DNA of 64,000 nucleotides from an uncultured Verrucomicrobiae bacterium. Its GTDB lineage: Bacteria > Verrucomicrobiota > Verrucomicrobiia > Chthoniobacterales > JAATET01. Location: the NCBI GenBank assembly GCA_963719495.1, contig CAVRCI010000013.1, positions 256,001 to 320,000 of the forward strand, in the 5' to 3' direction. The notes below the pieces were generated by a model. The model worked only from the letters and a program-made list of their open reading frames with translations. It searched no databases and had not been told where the DNA came from. The translations under genes and the position numbers were made by a program. Below, piece after piece: positions 61,364 through 64,000 of the stretch (positions are counted from its first letter, which is position 1; each line of letters opens with the position of its first letter).

Positions 61364-61888
61364 TCACTCGCCCCTGACCGCATTCTCCATCGCCGCGCGG
61401 TAGGCCGCGCCGGCTTCCTTGCGTTCGGCCGGCGTCTTCGCCCGGTCCAGCGCCTCCCTGGCGGCGACGACTTCGGGTTCATCCTTCACCGCCTCGCGCT
61501 TGGCGAGCAGCTCTTTCCGCTGCTCGGGCTGCAACCCGGCGATGCCGTCGGGCTGCCGTTTGGTCTCGTTCCCGAGTTTCGCATTCGGCATCTCGGCCCG
61601 GATCGCCACTTCCAAACCGGGATCGATCTCGAACATCGATTTGCGAACCCGCTCGCGGAGCTCGGCGACTTCCAGCGCGATTTTCTCGCGCGCTTCGCGA
61701 ATGCCGGGTTCTGCCATCGCCTTTTTCTGGGCGGCCTCGACCCGTTCGCGGAGCCCGTCGGGCAGCTTTTTGAAGGGGCCACCGGTCAGGGGCGGGCGAC
61801 CATCCAACAAGCTCGGAGGAGGCTGCGGCTTGGCGTAAGCGGTGGTGGCGCAGAGGAGAACGAGGGCGATGCGGAGGGTGGACTTCAT
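61364..61888 (-). CDS. Exported helical hypothetical protein
   Basis: Signal peptide MKSTLRIALVLLCATTAYA; two internal helical repeats (EPGIREARE / EPEVVAARE). Confidence 0.7.
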   Translation of the reverse strand: MKSTLRIALVLLCATTAYAKPQPPPSLLDGRPPLTGGPFKKLPDGLRERVEAAQKKAMAEPGIREAREKIALEVAELRERVRKSMFEIDPGLEVAIRAEMPNAKLGNETKRQPDGIAGLQPEQRKELLAKREAVKDEPEVVAAREALDRAKTPAERKEAGAAYRAAMENAVRGE

Positions 61889-61947
61889 GGCGGATTCAAC
61901 CTCGGGCGGACGATGGAGTTGCGTCCGACTTTTCCCGAGTTGGCGAA

Positions 61948-63180
61948 TCACTCGAGCTCGGCAGCCACCGCCGTTTTACCAAGCGCGGCGAGGAGGATCT
62001 CGCGGGCGAGCGGGGCGGCGATTCGAGCGCCGGATTTCGCGCCCTGCACCAGAACGACGACGGCGAACTTCGGGTCGTCGTAGGGAGCGAACGCCAGGAA
62101 CCACGTGTGGTTATCCTTCACCACCTTCCCGTCCGGAGTGCGCCGCAGATTCTGCGCCGTGCCGGTGCGTCCGGCGACCTCGATTCCCTCAATGCGGGCG
62201 CGGACACGGGGGCCCGAGCCATTGACCGTCTCCCACATGCCGCGCCGCACCTGCTCGAAGGCCTCGGCGGTGAGCTTGTCGTCGAGGAGGTTTTCGCCGG
62301 GCACGACCAGTTCCGTCGCCACCAAGCGCGGCGGACAAACCGTCCCGCCATTCGCGAGAGTGGCCGCGACGGCGGCCATCTGCAGGGGCGTCACGAGCAC
62401 GAAGCCCTGCCCGATCGACACATTCGCCGTGTAACCATCGCGCCACGTGTCGCGGGGATAGTTGATCGCCAACCACTCCGGCCCGGGGAGGATCCCAGCC
62501 GATTCGTCGGCGAGGGGGACACCGGTCATCCGCCCGAGGCCGAGACGTTCGCCGAACGAAACCAAAGCGTCGATTCCGGCGGCGTTCCCCCACTGAAAGA
62601 AGAACGGCCCGCACGAATCCGTGAGCGCCTTGGTCAGGGAAAGTCGTCCGTGCGTGCCTTTTCCGGAGATCCAACACTTCATGAACGTGTTTCCGTAGGT
62701 CACGCCGCCTTTGCAGCTGAATTCTTCCCCGTCGAGACCAGCCGCGAGACCCGCCAGACCGATGACCGGGAGGAAGGCCGCGCCGGGCGCGTAGGAATTG
62801 GTGGCTCGATTGAGCAGCGGGCTGTCCGACTCGTCGGCGAGGGCGTCGAGATCGGCGGCGTCCGGGTCGAAGGCCGGGACGGACGCCATCGCGAGGATGT
62901 CGCCGGTTGCGGGGTCGATGATGACCGCCGCTCCCCGTTCGACCGAACTCAGGATTCGTTCGACGGCTTCCTGAAGATCGGCGTCGAGGGTGAGTCGCGT
63001 CGAGCCGATGGAACGATCGAGCTGATGCAAAACGTGCGCCGCGAGCGGGCCGCGGGTGAAATTTCCTTCGGCGTCGACGAGGACCGCACCGTGTCGGTCC
63101 GTGATTTCGCCGGCCAGATCAGCCGCGAAGAGCGGGCCGGTCGTCGCACCGATGGAGAGCGCGACGATCAACGCATTCAT
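61948..63180 (-). CDS. PBP2-like transpeptidase-domain protein with degenerate catalytic motifs
   Basis: GEITDRHG, LTLDADLQ, DPATGDILAMAS.P, NRAT, SIGQG..VTPLQMA, WFLAFAP; the SxxK/SxN/KTG positions read AAFL/SCG/RTG. Confidence 0.88.
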   Translation of the reverse strand: MNALIVALSIGATTGPLFAADLAGEITDRHGAVLVDAEGNFTRGPLAAHVLHQLDRSIGSTRLTLDADLQEAVERILSSVERGAAVIIDPATGDILAMASVPAFDPDAADLDALADESDSPLLNRATNSYAPGAAFLPVIGLAGLAAGLDGEEFSCKGGVTYGNTFMKCWISGKGTHGRLSLTKALTDSCGPFFFQWGNAAGIDALVSFGERLGLGRMTGVPLADESAGILPGPEWLAINYPRDTWRDGYTANVSIGQGFVLVTPLQMAAVAATLANGGTVCPPRLVATELVVPGENLLDDKLTAEAFEQVRRGMWETVNGSGPRVRARIEGIEVAGRTGTAQNLRRTPDGKVVKDNHTWFLAFAPYDDPKFAVVVLVQGAKSGARIAAPLAREILLAALGKTAVAAELE

Positions 63181-63195
63181 TCCTGGGGAGCGCGG

Positions 63196-63999
63196 TTAGC
63201 GCTGCGGAAAGGGTGTCGGGGTCGGAATGGGCGTCGGGGTCGGCGGGGGGCCGGTGCGCATGGCGCGGCGGCGGACGGTCACCTTGACCGGCTTCGAAAC
63301 GCTTTCGGCGAAGTCGATGGCGCGGATGAAAAACCGGGTCTGGCCACGATCGAGGATGGTCGTGAACGACCAGCGGTCGGTGCCCTGCACGGCTTCGTAG
63401 GGTCCATTTCGGTTCGGCGAAATCTGCACGATCCGGACGGTATTCTCGTCGGTGGCGGACCCGGACAGCGTGTAGCGGCGCTTGCGGGTCTTCTTCTTCA
63501 GGCTGTTGCCAAACACCTTGACCGTCGGCGGCCCAAGATCGGGCGGGTTCTGGATGATGTCGCCCGCGACCGTCAGATCCTGAAAACGGAGCGACTGACC
63601 CTGCCGGTCGCTGTAGGCGTAGAGGCGGAAGGTCACCGAATCGCCGAAGACGGGCGGCTGGTCGAACTTCACGGAGAAAGTTTTGAAGTCGAGCGGGCCA
63701 TTGCTCACTGATACGTTGCCCAGATCGCTCTTGTAGCCGTCGAAGCTCCAGCGGAGGGCGAGACCGTTGCCGTCGTAGCCCTTCTGGCCCGCGCTGGCCG
63801 CCTTGAAACTCACGCTGAAGATGCGGGCCTGGAACCCGAATTTCTTCGTGAGCGTGAACTGCCCGTATTGCTGATTGTTGCGGCTCGAGTTGGAGTTCGT
63901 CGAGCGCTCGCGGAGCAGGATGTAACCGTATTTGGTGCCTTCCATCACCCCGATGCCGACCTGGGCTTCGGAGCCGAATTTGCCGAAGGGTCCCGCCGT
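63196..63999 (-). CDS. Hypothetical surface protein, C-terminal part (5' end outside window)
   Basis: Frame open to the window edge; beta-rich, Ig-like LSGSATD..W SF..RAID segment, PT-repeat tail. Confidence 0.7.
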   Translation of the reverse strand, partial: TAGPFGKFGSEAQVGIGVMEGTKYGYILLRERSTNSNSSRNNQQYGQFTLTKKFGFQARIFSVSFKAASAGQKGYDGNGLALRWSFDGYKSDLGNVSVSNGPLDFKTFSVKFDQPPVFGDSVTFRLYAYSDRQGQSLRFQDLTVAGDIIQNPPDLGPPTVKVFGNSLKKKTRKRRYTLSGSATDENTVRIVQISPNRNGPYEAVQGTDRWSFTTILDRGQTRFFIRAIDFAESVSKPVKVTVRRRAMRTGPPPTPTPIPTPTPFPQR

Positions 64000-64000
64000 G

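Overview
High-GC bacterial chromosomal DNA, most likely Verrucomicrobiota (inferred from mfd-surA-pdxA order, an ECF sigma/Ser-Thr kinase pair, DUF5069 and a PEP-CTERM protein). Housekeeping genes (mfd, surA-like, pdxA, cysE, cysteine desulfurase, galK, recA, rlmI-like, kamA, kdsB, gmhB, argS, corA, sufE/sseA, tRNA-Ala) alternate with accessory blocks. Main points: (1) a cellulose synthase operon (bcsA-B-Z-C) headed, instead of bcsR/bcsQ, by two paralogous KGGVGKS ATPases and a coiled-coil membrane protein that resemble the plasmid conjugation pair TraL/TraM; (2) a Y1/RAYT-type transposase bracketed by perfect 27-bp inverted repeats, with further repeat copies that delimit low-GC cargo, truncate neighbouring genes, and were themselves hit by an IS481; (3) an unannotated pqqA peptide plus pqqB, without pqqCDE; (4) heptamer microsatellites in frame inside mfd, argS and gmhB; (5) two loop-less 62- and 40-bp palindromes with a shared core; (6) apparent pseudo-enzymes (a PBP lacking all three catalytic motifs, a LanC-like protein with degenerate Zn ligands); (7) a frameshifted alpha-2-macroglobulin, an intact ISAs1, and many REP-like palindromes. 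All calls come from reading the sequence and recalling motifs; no database search was run.
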